A stretch of 62,867 bases of DNA, the filler included, from Atractiella rhizophila (taxonomy: Eukaryota): NCBI GenBank assembly GCA_021432655.1. It is 8 parts of 8 records of this genome, joined end to end, with 100 filler letters (N's around TTAATTAATTAA, not from the genome) between each part and the next. Parts side by side here need not be neighbours in the genome. Positions count along the whole stretch, not along the records: positions 9,167 to 18,202 come from MU272128.1; positions 18,303 to 27,321 come from MU272129.1; 6 more parts are not named here. One strand, written 5' to 3'. The notes under the pieces are model-generated. The model ran no database searches. It had not been told where the DNA came from and was given only the letters and a program-made list of their open reading frames with translations. The position numbers and the translations under genes are program-made. This document shows, in pieces, positions 11,537 to 23,161 of the stretch (its first letter is position 1; each line of letters opens with the position of its first letter).

Positions 11537-12626
11537 TCTGGCAATGATGGGGCTAGGAAACTGAAGGGACTCTGTGCTTCCATCCTGGCACCTCCAAGCC
11601 TGTGTGACGAGTGTGCGCCACAGAAGGTAAGTGAGGCAAAGCTCAGTGCAGCATCTCAATTTTCAATTCAGGCTTGGTGATGAGCTGAGCTTCTCGTCTT
11701 TGTTTATTTTCGCTTCACACCTCGTTCCCACGCACGTTCGCGAGTCGGTTCGCATCTCCATTCCTTCTCGCCTCGCACCTGACCCCATTTACTCTCCGTT
11801 TCGCGAGTCCTCATCTGCTCACACTTCGCGAGGTAAGCTCTCGTGTCTCTCGCTTGGTTGTGTCAGCGCATCCCAATCCCCGAGGCCAGGTGCAAATATT
11901 CGCAACTACTGACTTCCGCGAGTTAATGCTCACTTCGCGGCTCTCGCTTCGCGCCTCAGGTCGGCGCCTATTTTCTTCTTTTCTTTGCTCCATAAATTAT
12001 CGCTTCGCCTCTAACCTAACACCCACGACCTTTGGCGACTTAGGCTCGCGAGTTGCTTCGCGACTTGGTTCTCACTTCGCGAGGTAAGCTCACTGTTCCT
12101 CGCTTTGTACCTGATCAAATCCCAGAGGGACAAGGTCCATATCTTCCTTCGCACCGACTTCGCCACCCCATTCGCATCTTCGCTCGAACGCACTTTCGCG
12201 AAGCGGTTCGCGAGGTAAGTCCACTTTTTTCTCGTTTCGCATCTCATCTCATCGTCTTCCTTAGATCGCATTGGTCTCTGGTGTAGCTGTTTTTGAGGTA
12301 TAGGCAACTGGGTGAGTGTCCGATCTCGCTTCGCGACTGGCGTGATGAGTTGCGGTCGCTAAGTACAAATTAGGGTTAGGGTCACGGAGGTCAACAAGAT
12401 CCCTACTTCAACCACCACCATCCCACCTTCGTCTCGTTTAACACTCCCCCGATTTCCTTACCGACCACCCCTTCGGACCTTCCCCTGCCTGCCGAGGCAT
12501 ATCGACATCTCCCTTCGCGAGTGCGACACCCGATCGGCCCCCAGATCAGCGACCTCTCTTCGTACTAAGCGACCAACAAGGGAAACAGAAACAAGGGAAA
12601 CAAAAAACAGCAAATACGAACTACCG

Positions 12627-14623
12627 ATGGCATCCACCGTCTATCCGACATCAGCGAAAGGAGTAAGCAGCCGAAAGGCTTCGTTCGGTGTGTACAAGGC
12701 GGGAGTAAGTTTCGCTCCCAGGCTTAGATGCTGCTAACTAGTTCTTCAGGGTGAATCGAAGCTTACGAAGGTCTCTGAGGGTTCGAGCAAAGTTAGGGGG
12801 ACGGTAAGTCACTCACTAGGCCAACTTATGGAGCATTGACGAATGTTCAGCCTGCGAGGCGAGACGACGATGAAGAGAGCTCCTCTTCCTCCGACGACGA
12901 TTCGGAATCGGAAGAGGAGGAGGAATCGGAAGAGGAGGCAGGGGAAAAAGAGGACGAGGACGAGGACGAGGACGAAGTCACTCGACAAACCGAATCGGTA
13001 GAAAGCAGGGAAGATGACGAGGACGAGTTGTCGGGTTCGGACGAGGAGCCCGAAGATCTGAAGCAAGGTGCGAATAGGAAAGAGGAGGAAGAGGAGGAAG
13101 AGGAGGCGAGCGAAAGCGAAGATGAAGAGGACGCCTACGAGCGGTTTAAGATGCAAAGAGCTGCGGAGAAGAAGGAGAAGAAGCTGAAGCTGAAGCTGGC
13201 AGCTGAAAAACGAGAGAAGGAGAGGGCGAAGCAGCAAGCGAGGTTACAGGCGAGGGAGCAGGCGAAAGAGAAGGCTAAGGAGCAGGCGAAGGAGCAGGAG
13301 AAGGCGAAGGAAAAGGCGAAGGAGAAGGCGAAGGAGAAGGCGAAGGAGAAGAAGAAGAAGAAGAAGAAGGAGCCTTCGATCATCGATCTGGGAAGCGATA
13401 CAACGAAAGGGAAGAAGAAGCAGAGGGAGGAGGTGGAGGAGGCTGTCGAGCAGATTGTAGTGGTGAGGAAGAAGAAGGGGAAGGGGTTACCGAGGGAACC
13501 TGAAGACGAGGACATCGTGATGATCGATGGGGAGCAGGTCGATAATGGGCAGGGGAAGGCGAGTGGGAAAAGAAAACGGTCGACGACGACGGCGACGACT
13601 TCGAACCCTCAAACGCCCGAGCGACCGCCGAAAAAGACGAAAGGCCACACTCGCGAGGCGCCTACAGAACCCCTCCTTCAAGGTCACACTCGTGAGGCGC
13701 CGACAGACCCCATCGCTCCAGTCGAGGATTCGCCTGCTCGCATGGATAAGAACCTCGCAGCGCCTGCCCCAGCGTCGATGGTTCGACCGTTCGGGAGTCC
13801 CCTGTCGACGACGAAGGAGAAGATGGATGATTTCCTTCTGGGGGATGGGACCGCCCTGTCCGAAGCGCAGATCGCCACGATCGAGAGGCTGACGAGCCTT
13901 CGGCAGGTCCCTCCATTGGCTTTCCTGGAATGCGACAACAAGGCATCCAACGACAAGTGGTATCCCTCCCTCGACTCCTTCAAGCGGACCCAGTCTTCTC
14001 CCCACCCCCTGATCTGCCTGACCTGCTTCTTGTTCCCCAACATCGCGACCCAGCACAACCCGAACGCCTCGAATCCCCAGATATGCGACTTCGTGCACCA
14101 GGAGGGCCACCAACCGATGTGCAGGACATGCGAAGGAGCAGGAACGAGGTGCGAATTCGTCAGCTTCATCGTGGCTCACAGGGTCCCCAACCTCTCTCCG
14201 AGAACAGACCAACGACAACCCTCGACATTCCAGCTCTACTACGAGAGCACAAAGGAACTGTTGGCCTTCAAGCCTCGCGAAAGTCCCAAGCTGGTTCGGC
14301 TGGCAGAGAAGGCGAAGGGAGGGAGAGGAGCGAAGAAGGTGCCCGGGACGACCTTCGAGGTGGCAGCCGACCTCCTCGCATGGATGTCGATCAGGTGCGA
14401 CCAGAACGAGGTCAACATCGCCAACATCGCCAACACCCAAGAATCGGTTGCCTCGATCGGACCTGCCCTCGACTCGATCGCGAGCACACTCGAACATGTG
14501 AAGGTGATCTATCGCAATGACACGGACCTCTTGGTGGAGAATCACGAGCTGAAGAAGCAGAACGAGGCCCTGAAAAGAGAGGTGGAGCAGTTGAGGAAGG
14601 AGGCTAGGGGTCCTACCCAGTGA
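12627..14623 (+). CDS. Hypothetical nuclear protein: acidic tract, K/E coiled coil, Zn2Cys6-like Cys cluster and C-terminal zipper-like coil (3' end uncertain)
   Basis: ATG at 12627 with introns 12705-12749 and 12804-12850 splicing in frame into the 595-aa ORF. Motifs CLTC..QICDF..MCRTCEGAGTRCEF and LLVENHELKKQNEALKREVEQL. Confidence 0.65.
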
Positions 14624-15057
14624 GTGATCCTTTCGCATTCGCATTGGCACTTCCCTTCGCTGACATCTGCTTCAGGGAGTAGGCAGGAAATGACGGATTT
14701 CGAAGGGCGAGATTCGGGTCACATACGCGAAGTAAGTGTGCTGCCCTGCTCAGATTGTACATTGGACTCATTTCGGCTGCATAGACCTGGTCACCACCAA
14801 AAATTTCTTTTTGTTTTCAACAGCGAAGTGAGGGTCATTACGAGGTTGTGCCTCGGGCTCAAAATGTACTAAAGTCGTAATATAATTTCACTCGCATGGG
14901 TCGTGGAAGAGACGCGAAGGGGCAAAGAAATTTGACTCGTGCGCTCGTAAGTCTCAAAGTCAGTCTGATCTGCCCCTCTGGGGTTCGTTCACTCCCATAG
15001 CGAGAAGCCAACAACGAACGACGGCCAGTCCTTCGACCACTCCACCATCGATTCGCC

Positions 15058-16104
15058 ATGCCCAAGTTGACCAAAGCCGAACTGCGAGCACTTCCCCTGG
15101 TGCTGCACCCTGGACAAATGTCCTGCGAAGCGGACAGGGCCCTACCAGAACCGGAAGAGGCACCTGAAGGAGATCGGGAGATCTTCAGCGACGACCCCGA
15201 GCTATTTTACATAGGAGACAGGCTCGGACGCGCCTACGAGGAAAGGGTCACAGCCTTGGTCATGTCGACCATCCTGCACGCCCCTCCGTTCAAGATCTTC
15301 GAACGAAGCAACAACTCCGAGCCCTATCCAACCCACATCCTCTCGCCTCGTTACCCTCCGACGAAAGTCATCGAAGCGGACGTCGTCGCCACGAAGGCAA
15401 AGGCAAAGATGTACAGGCTGGAGGATGGGTTGGAGAGGCTGTTTGTGTCGAAGGAGAAGCTGGCCGCTTCGGGAGCCTGTTGCTATTCGTGTTGGAGCCG
15501 AGGGTGGGAATGTGGGGACTTTGGACCAATCCGCAACGAGGGCCTTGGTCAACATCTGTACACCTGCAGGAACTGCAGTTCGAGGGCGGTAAGCTGCGAC
15601 TTTCCCAGCCTGCTGCAATACCAGGCTTCGACAGAAGGGAGGTACATTCTGAGTTGGGATCCCCTGCCAGGGAGGCTGAAGTGCGAAAACTTCAGCCCGG
15701 CGACGGTGGAGAGGCTGATGGGAGACATTGCGAAGGGCGAGGTTGGAGCGAAGGTGGGATTCAAGTTCGAGGAGAGGACGTCGGTTCGCGAGTCGATCAC
15801 TGCCAGGGGCGGGTCAGCGAAGGTCGCCAAGAACAGCGAAGAAGAGGTCGAAGCTGACGACATCTTTGCCCTGACCCGAGAAGAGGCCCTGGTGCTATCG
15901 AGCTTCATCATCGCGCAGGAAGAGGAGAAGGCGCGAAGCGGGACCATCGCGGGCTTGGCAGAACGACACGCTTTCCTCACCCGAAACATGGGCATCAGGG
16001 GTATCTCAGCAGCGAGAGCGACGAACGAAGCATTCAATGCCTACCGAGAGAGACGAGGGATGACAGCAGAAAAGATGCCAGTGATCGAGCTGGAGGAGGA
16101 GTAA
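15058..16104 (+). CDS. Hypothetical protein with internal Zn(II)2Cys6-like motif
   Basis: 348-aa uninterrupted ATG-start ORF. CYSCWSRGWEC-x17-CRNCSSRAVSCDF fits CX2CX6CXnCX2CX6C. Confidence 0.7.
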   Translation: MPKLTKAELRALPLVLHPGQMSCEADRALPEPEEAPEGDREIFSDDPELFYIGDRLGRAYEERVTALVMSTILHAPPFKIFERSNNSEPYPTHILSPRYPPTKVIEADVVATKAKAKMYRLEDGLERLFVSKEKLAASGACCYSCWSRGWECGDFGPIRNEGLGQHLYTCRNCSSRAVSCDFPSLLQYQASTEGRYILSWDPLPGRLKCENFSPATVERLMGDIAKGEVGAKVGFKFEERTSVRESITARGGSAKVAKNSEEEVEADDIFALTREEALVLSSFIIAQEEEKARSGTIAGLAERHAFLTRNMGIRGISAARATNEAFNAYRERRGMTAEKMPVIELEEE

Positions 16105-16359
16105 GTGACACTTTATGGTAGATGCGAGGGAGGAATGAAGTGAGGCATTTGTAACTCGTTGGGGCGAGGGCTAACACTCGGTTCGTGACAGGAAAATATT
16201 TCGTTTTTAGCTCAGAGAGGTCTTAGATGCTTTTGTGGTATAACCCTATGTAATGAAAATTATGCATTCGCGAGCCAAAGCAATGCTCGCACGAGCCACG
16301 TTCACGCCATGTTTCGTTTTGCATTGCCATTGCACACTCCTTCCGCCCACATCCAAAGT

Positions 16360-16730
16360 CGTAAGTCGTGTTCGCTTCGTGAGATCTGCTTGGCTGATCG
16401 CTTCGCAAGAGGCGCCTAAGTGTTCGCTTCGCGAGACATGTGCCTAATTGGTCACTTTGCGTTAGATTGCCTATGCGTTCACTTCGCAAGTTCTTACCTT
16501 TGCGCTCGCTTCGCGAGACCTGGCTGGCTGTTCGATTCGCGAGAGCCGCCTAAGTTTTCGTTCGGGAGCGGCGCCCGAGGTTCGCTTCGCAAGAGGTCGC
16601 CCGAGCTTCGATTCGCAAGACCTACCTAAGTGTTCGCTTCGGGAGAGGTTTCAATCGTTTCCCTTCGCGCTAGGTGCATGAGTGTTCACTTCGCGTTAGC
16701 AGCATGAGTGTTCGCTTCGCGTTAGCTGCC
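16360..16730. repeat. Degenerate repeat region (CCTAAGTGTTCGCTTCGCGAGA-like units)
   Basis: Many copies of GTTCGCTTCGC, TTCGCGAGA and CCTAAGT between the two ORFs. Confidence 0.7.
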
Positions 16731-16867
16731 TGAGTTGCCTGGTCGCAGCCGCGCGGACCCTTGTAGTCCAGTTCGCTTCATGGCAGGACAGTCCACTTCT
16801 CTCCTCGTAGTCACTTCCTCATTCAAACAATTCGCTCCGCTCCACCTCAAGGGCACCTGGTCATTGT

Positions 16868-18202
16868 TTGCCCTATTCGGGAACATGCCACATAGGGTCA
16901 GGGTTACCACTGTGCTCAATCGAGAAAACAACGAACCACCATCTAACATCGAAACCATCTCTCTGTCTCTCAACGATGCATGCAGGCACGGATAACTCCC
17001 CATTGCTCTTCCCCTTCGTGAACAGCGACCTTGTCCGAGAGAACCGAATCAAGCCGAGCATCCAACAAACATCGGAGTTCCTGGACAGCCTTCGACACCC
17101 TTTGACCAGCCTGGGACCCGAAGAAGGATTGGGAGTGCACGAACCGTTTCTTTCGCCCGAAGTGAAAGCTTCCCAACAGGTAGGTGATACCTTGGCTTCG
17201 CGAATCCAAATACGAATGGTGTCACAGAGGACGAAGGAGTTCGACCGCCTCTCGAATACTTACCGGAGGCTGCTCGCTGCCCTGAACGAGAGCGAGAGGA
17301 ACGATTTCGTGGTGAAGCTTTCGGCGATCTTGTGCACCAGGATCGAACGAGCGAGCAGGGCGATCGACCATCTCGACGAAGCTGCGAACGACCTCGCGAC
17401 TCTGCCGCTCACGCTTCGCGAGTTGGGCCGACAGCTGCACCTCGGTTTCGATTCGATGACGAGCGCTCGCTTCTTACACGCCGACTTCTTACCACCTTAC
17501 GAGTTGCCGAACTTTTGGGAGGGAGAAGTCGCGAAGCACAAACTGGATAGGGACAGCCACCCCGACCCTTCGAAGCAAAAGGTGAGGCGCGAACCCCCAC
17601 TTTGGGCCTGTTCTGAATCAGAGGGGGAACAGCCGGTATATTTGGATGTCGCACTCCACCTCGTTCGGCACGAACTGGCGGCAGATTTGGAGGATGCTGG
17701 GGTGCCCTCTAGCTGGGCCAAGAGGCAGGCAGCAAGGGAGGCGAGGATTTGGACGAAAGTGACGATCAAGAGCGAGATGAGGAGGCAAAAGCATCCCGAT
17801 GCAGCCTTCGAGCCAGGGAGCGAGGAGGAGGGTAGCGAAACTAGCATGTGAAATGAAAATGTCCTTTCGACCCCGCTCCCCTCGCACCATGCCCATTTTA
17901 GTCAGCATCTGGCAGAGGACCATAAAAGGGCCCCTAAACGCACTGTGTCTCCCAAAAGAAAGCATGCAAGGACCAGGCAAGAACATGCACAGATCAGCGC
18001 TGGAAGAGCTGAAAGACCTTTGGGCGAAGAAGGAGAGTCGCGAGGCGCAAGGTTCGGCAGTGCAGAAGGCGAGACCATTCGAAGTCGCGAAGGAGAAGCA
18101 GGCTTCGCGAGAGGTGAAGGAGGCTCGCGAGTATATGCAGATGTGGAGACTAAACTGGGGTCGCAGGGCCCTCCGAAGCGCCACTCGGGCCCTTGGAAAA
18201 GA
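16868..18202 (+). CDS. Hypothetical helical protein(s); start uncertain, truncated at scaffold end
   Basis: A 327-codon ORF followed by an overlapping ORF that stays open into the linker. No recognisable motif. Confidence 0.5.
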
Positions 18203-18302
18203 NNNNNNNNNNNNNNNNNNNNNNNNNNNNNNNNNNNNNNNNNNNNTTAATTAATTAANNNNNNNNNNNNNNNNNNNNNNNNNNNNNNNNNNNNNNNNNN
18301 NN

Positions 18303-18658
18303 CCTCCGCCACTCCCACTCGGGTTCACGATCGCCATCCCTTTCTTCATCGACGGACTAAGCATCTCCGCCGGTCCAGTAATCCTCCTACCGATCGAAAT
18401 TTCCTCGTCAGCCTCAGCCTCAGCGTCTCCATCCAACGCATCCACATCCTCTGCGTCTGCATCCCCATCCCCATCTCCATCCGTCTCCTCCTCGTCGCTC
18501 ACGGAGGGTGCGGGGGAGCCAGACACCCCAGAGCGCGAGGAACGCCCGGATGGCCCCGTGTGGTCCTCTGGGTGTCGTTGGATTTGGGCTGCGCGTGAGG
18601 CGGGTGCGGACGTGGGTCGTGGACTGTGAGATGGAATGTGGAGGACCGGGTGCTGCAT
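18303..18658 (-). CDS. N-terminal fragment of a low-complexity (P/S/D/E-rich) protein
   Basis: ATG at 18658; frame open to the scaffold end. Confidence 0.5.
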
Positions 18659-18917
18659 GCTGCCTTCCGGATGCGACTTGCGATGGCTGGACAGTAGACG
18701 CTCAGTTAACAGACTGGGACACTAATCGAGAATGGGTAGTAGTGCAGGCGAAAAGGGCAGAGCAAATATCAATGTCGTCGTTGGGTTGGGAAAGTGACAG
18801 CGTTTGTCGATGTTTGGGTCACCAGCGTTATCAAACTCTGAGAACGAGGACAGCAACGGCATTTATTCATTTATTCGTTTTATTACGTTTTGCATCACTT
18901 TGCATCATTACAGTATA

Positions 18918-21220
18918 TAGGTAGCCATTCATACTCTTCACAGATATTTCTTTGGGTTGTCTTGCAAGAATGTCGCAAAGAACTCAATCAGAATCCCTGT
19001 GCTCACGCTGTTGGGGGATCCGTGAGGTAGAATGTCATTGATATTCACTCTCAACCCAATGAACATGCATTTACGCCAACCCAAACGACGTCCTGAACAA
19101 ACTATATCCCTTCACTTATGGTCTTCCCGAGAAGTTATTAGAACTATACAGTTAACTTGAAAGTCGCTTGTTCAAACTAAGCAGTCCTGACAAGGTGACA
19201 ATGCTTCACACAATTGTGGCAAGATTTCAAAGAGAATATTCCGTTTATCGATCGAAGCTGGAGAGGTGGTCGCTGTACCTTTGGACCTTCAAATTCCCAA
19301 ACTAATCAAATAATCTCTCAGAACGCTTCTACAAAGAGATTATTGTTTCTATATTTTAATCATACAGTTGAAGGAGTTGCGTTGCTAGTTCACAAGGACC
19401 ATCAAAGCGCAGAGTCAATAAAACAACTCGATGGATGTTCATGATGCTCGCAGCTGCTTTATCCACAACAGTTCCTTTGAGGTTCACTTTCATTTCATTT
19501 CAACTTGTTCCCAGTCCGCACCGTAATTGTAAAAAGCAATGCTCACATCTAACTCTTCAATAAGAGATATTCATAACACTGCACTTCGTTCAAACTCATA
19601 ACCCTAGAAAAGCAGACCTTTCATCTGCTCCATCTTGTCCAGACGAATATTCTTGACCAGCAAGACCCAGACGAGACTCAACCCCATAACTGAGGCTCCA
19701 GCAATGAGCATCCTCTTCTGCGCATACCCGTACGCTATCACGGATGTCAGCGGAGTTGCGATTTGCATTCCCAAACACACATTCAATAATAGCTTCCCGC
19801 GTTGGATCTCCCATTGGATAGGAGAGCTGGACCGTCAGATCCCCATAGATTGACTCGAAATCTGGCAGGCTCTCCTCGGGCAGGAGACGGAGAAGGGCAT
19901 CAGGGAAGGTGTTCGTCCATATTGCTCCGCTGATGGCACTTCCAATGCTACCTCGTGCATCGCTGTTAGCACCTTCGCAATCAAAAATGTTAAGATGAAC
20001 TTATCTAGCCAACCGAAGAGCCCGATAGGTAGCCATTCATACTCTTCACAGATATTTCTTTGGGTTGTCTTGCAAGAATGTCGCAAAGAACTCAATCAGA
20101 ATCCCTGTGCTCACGCTGTTCGCTGTTGGGGGATCCGTGAGGTAGAATGTCATTGATATTCACTCTCAAACCAATGAACATCCATTTACGCCAACCCAAA
20201 CGACGTCCTGAACAAACTATATCCCTTCACTTATGGTCTTCTCGAGAAGTTATTAGAACTACTACAGTTAACTTGAAAGTCGCTTGTTCAAACTAAGCAG
20301 TCCTGACAAGGTGACAATGCTTCACACAATTGTGGCAAGATTTCAAAAAGAATATTCCGTTTATCGATCGAAGCTGGAGAGGTGGTCGCTGTACCTTTGG
20401 ACCTTCAAATTCCCAAACTAATCAAATAATCTCTCATTCAATACACATATCGTCAGAATGCCAACCTAAGCCAGAGATCGGTAGAATACTTCTACAATGA
20501 AAGTATTTTATCGATACTTAATGGTACAGTTGATGAAGTTGTGTTCCTTATGTGACCTTACAATTTGCCACTGAATCTGCCGCTTCAAATAGTTCACGAG
20601 GATAATCGAAGTGCAGAGTCAATAAAACAACTCGATGGATGATGCCCACACCTGCTTTATCCACAATCGTTCCTTTGACGTTCATTTCATTTCATTTCAA
20701 CTTATTCCAGTCCGCACCGTAATTGTAAAAGCGATGCTCACATCTAACTCTTCTGTAATGGATACTGTATTCATAACACAGCGCTTCGTTCAAACTCGTA
20801 ACCTAAAAAAGCAGACCTTTCATCTGCTCCATCTTATCCAGACGAATATTCTTGATCAACAATACCCAGAGGAGACTCAACCCCATAACTGAGGCTCCAG
20901 CAATGAGCATCCTCTTCCATACCCGTACGCTATCACGGATGTCAGCGGAGTTGCGATTTGCATTCCCAAACGCACATTCAATAATAGCTTCCCGCGTTGG
21001 ATCTCCCATCGGATAGGAGAGTTGGACCGTCAGATCCCCATAGATTGACTCAAAATCTGGCAGGCTCTCCTCGGGCAGGAGACGGAGAAGGGCATCAGGG
21101 AAGGTGTTCGTCCATATTGCTCCGCTGATGGCACTTCCAATGCTGCCTCGTGCATCGCTGTTAGCACCTTCGCAGTCAATAATGTTAAGATGAACTTATC
21201 TAGCCAACCGAAGAGCCCGA
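18918..21220. repeat. Imperfect tandem duplication (18918-20025 and 20026-21220) containing the last exons and 3' flank of the siderophore transporter
   Basis: TAGGTAGCCATTCATACTCTT.. starts both units and both end ..AACCGAAGAGCCCGA. The units differ by substitutions and indels. Confidence 0.92.
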
Positions 21221-23161
21221 GGAGGGCGAGAGAGGCAGAAATGTGTTGATGGTCCACAGACGCATTGACAGCTACCTGCTCGCAGAGAATGATCGTGGAG
21301 CCGCTGAATGCAAGCAGGATTTGACAAAATATAATCCAACCCTGTTTTAGAGGTGAGAAGCTGTGTCCCTGAAGGCAGGTTACTTAAAATGTTCGTGTGT
21401 GGTCGCCGGAAGTGGATCATGATTCCAAGAGCGAGAATAAACATTGGAACAGCAATGAATAAATAAATGCGAAATCGTCCAGTTTTCTTTATCACGAATC
21501 CTAAAACCAGAAGATAGCAACCTTCGCCCACTGATGAGAAGTGCAAATAGAGGCAAAAGCAATCGCACCTGCAATGATATCGAAGATGCCTCCAACATAG
21601 CCGGCTTCAGAAATGCTTAAACCGTTGACGACCTGCAGGAACGAGGAGAAGTAGCTGTTCCAAGCGTAGTATGCCACTTGATACGTTCCGCAGAGAAGGC
21701 AAGTACCAGCAATGGTTCGTGAGAGAAGGAGGTGGTAGGGCATGAATGGCTTCGGTGCGACATACCGCTCAAAAACAGCAAATGCTACCATGAGCGAAAA
21801 TCCGAGAACAAGCATCTATGGCCACCATCAATCACCTTACGATTAAAGGAAACGAGACAAACAGCAATGATATATCCAGATTTCCAGCCATTAGGAGCGC
21901 TATCCGCCAAAGAAAATGGGAGAAGGAAGAGCGAGACTCCAGCAGCCAGCAAAAGGACGCCAAAAGCTACAACAGCCAGATTATTAAAACGCCCGTAATG
22001 TTGTGAAGCTTACCATCAAACTCGATCAGATAATGCCAGACACTTTGCGTCCACGTCCTTTCGCTCCTTTCCTTTACGATTAATCCCGCCTTGGTCGCTT
22101 TCCTCTCTTCGAAACGCATGACAACAACAAGGGGTAGGGCCACAACTGGTAGGATGATCGCGAAGGTACCGAAGGCCCAGCGCCAGGATATCTTCTCATA
22201 GAATCCTTCAGCCGCTTTAGGTCCTGCAAGAGCCGTGATGATGTATGGAGACGAAGCTACCTCCTCCTGAGTTGACTTCGCAAAGCCAGTAAAGGGGCTC
22301 ACTGAAAGCAAAGGCAAGGGCTCGATCCTTCAAGCGAGAGGTATCTGCCGTGATTACATCCACTGATAAGACAAGATCAGGTGTCAAGTGGTAATCGTGA
22401 ACGTCAAAAACCTTTACCAGAGTATATCATGCCTGCGAATCCAACAGAATAGAAAACCTGCGCACTTTGGTCAGTCAAATGGAAGGACGGTGGAATTGAT
22501 ACCTCACTTGGGCAGCACAGAAGGTCTGGACATTATTTGTAAACGCCAGCAGGATCAGTCCGAGGTCTGCCAAACAGACCATGGAACAGAATGCCTCAGT
22601 TCTCCCGACTATATCCAGCAGTTTCGAAACAGGTAAGTAGGTCACTGCGCTGAAAGTAGAGGAAACGACTGAAGTTGTGTGAGTTGTGTCCATAAAAAAA
22701 CTCGCAGGTAGTAGAACTCACTATAGATGACGGGGATCAAAGAATGCTCAGAAAAGTCAGATAGGACATATGCCGTCAGGTTGTTTGTAATGCTGGACTG
22801 AAATGCGTTCACGAAGTACAGCAGAAACATCCTAAAAATCATGATTCAACGGCTCGCCTTTGCTCCAGAGCATCACCTACGAAATGTAGACGACCGTCAG
22901 ACTCTCTTTTGACCATGTCAACGTTACTGCCTCCACTCTTTGCACGCCAGCTTGAGCTGTCGTAGTAGGTCTTTCACCGGTTTCCAATGCCCTCTCATTC
23001 GAACCACCTGGTACTTCCCTCTCTAACGACTCCTTCTCCTTGATGTCTTCTACATCGTCCGCCTTCTGATCATCCACAGAGAGTTCTGGGATGACGGCGT
23101 CTTCTTTGGCGACCAGAGGTCGACGGCGAAGAAAAGATATCTTCGATGTAAAAGTAGACAT
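20803..23161 (-). CDS. Siderophore-iron MFS transporter (SIT/MirB/Str/Arn family); 4-nt deletion in last exon
   Basis: AQAGVQRVEAVTLTWSK; SSPYIITALAGPKAAEGF..WRWAFGTFAII; YLIEFD; ERYVAPKPFMPYHLLLSRT; ISGAIWT; YPMGDPTREAII; KRMLIAG. Confidence 0.9.

Noticed and set aside
12370..12382. TTAGGGTTAGGG telomere-like sequence
   Set aside because: Only two units, and internal to the scaffold.
13487..14650. Long antisense ORFs in scaffold 2 (13487-14650 minus; 9430-10143 and 10170-10766 plus)
   Set aside because: Shadows of GC-rich coding sequence on the opposite strand; splice signals and motifs support the other strand.
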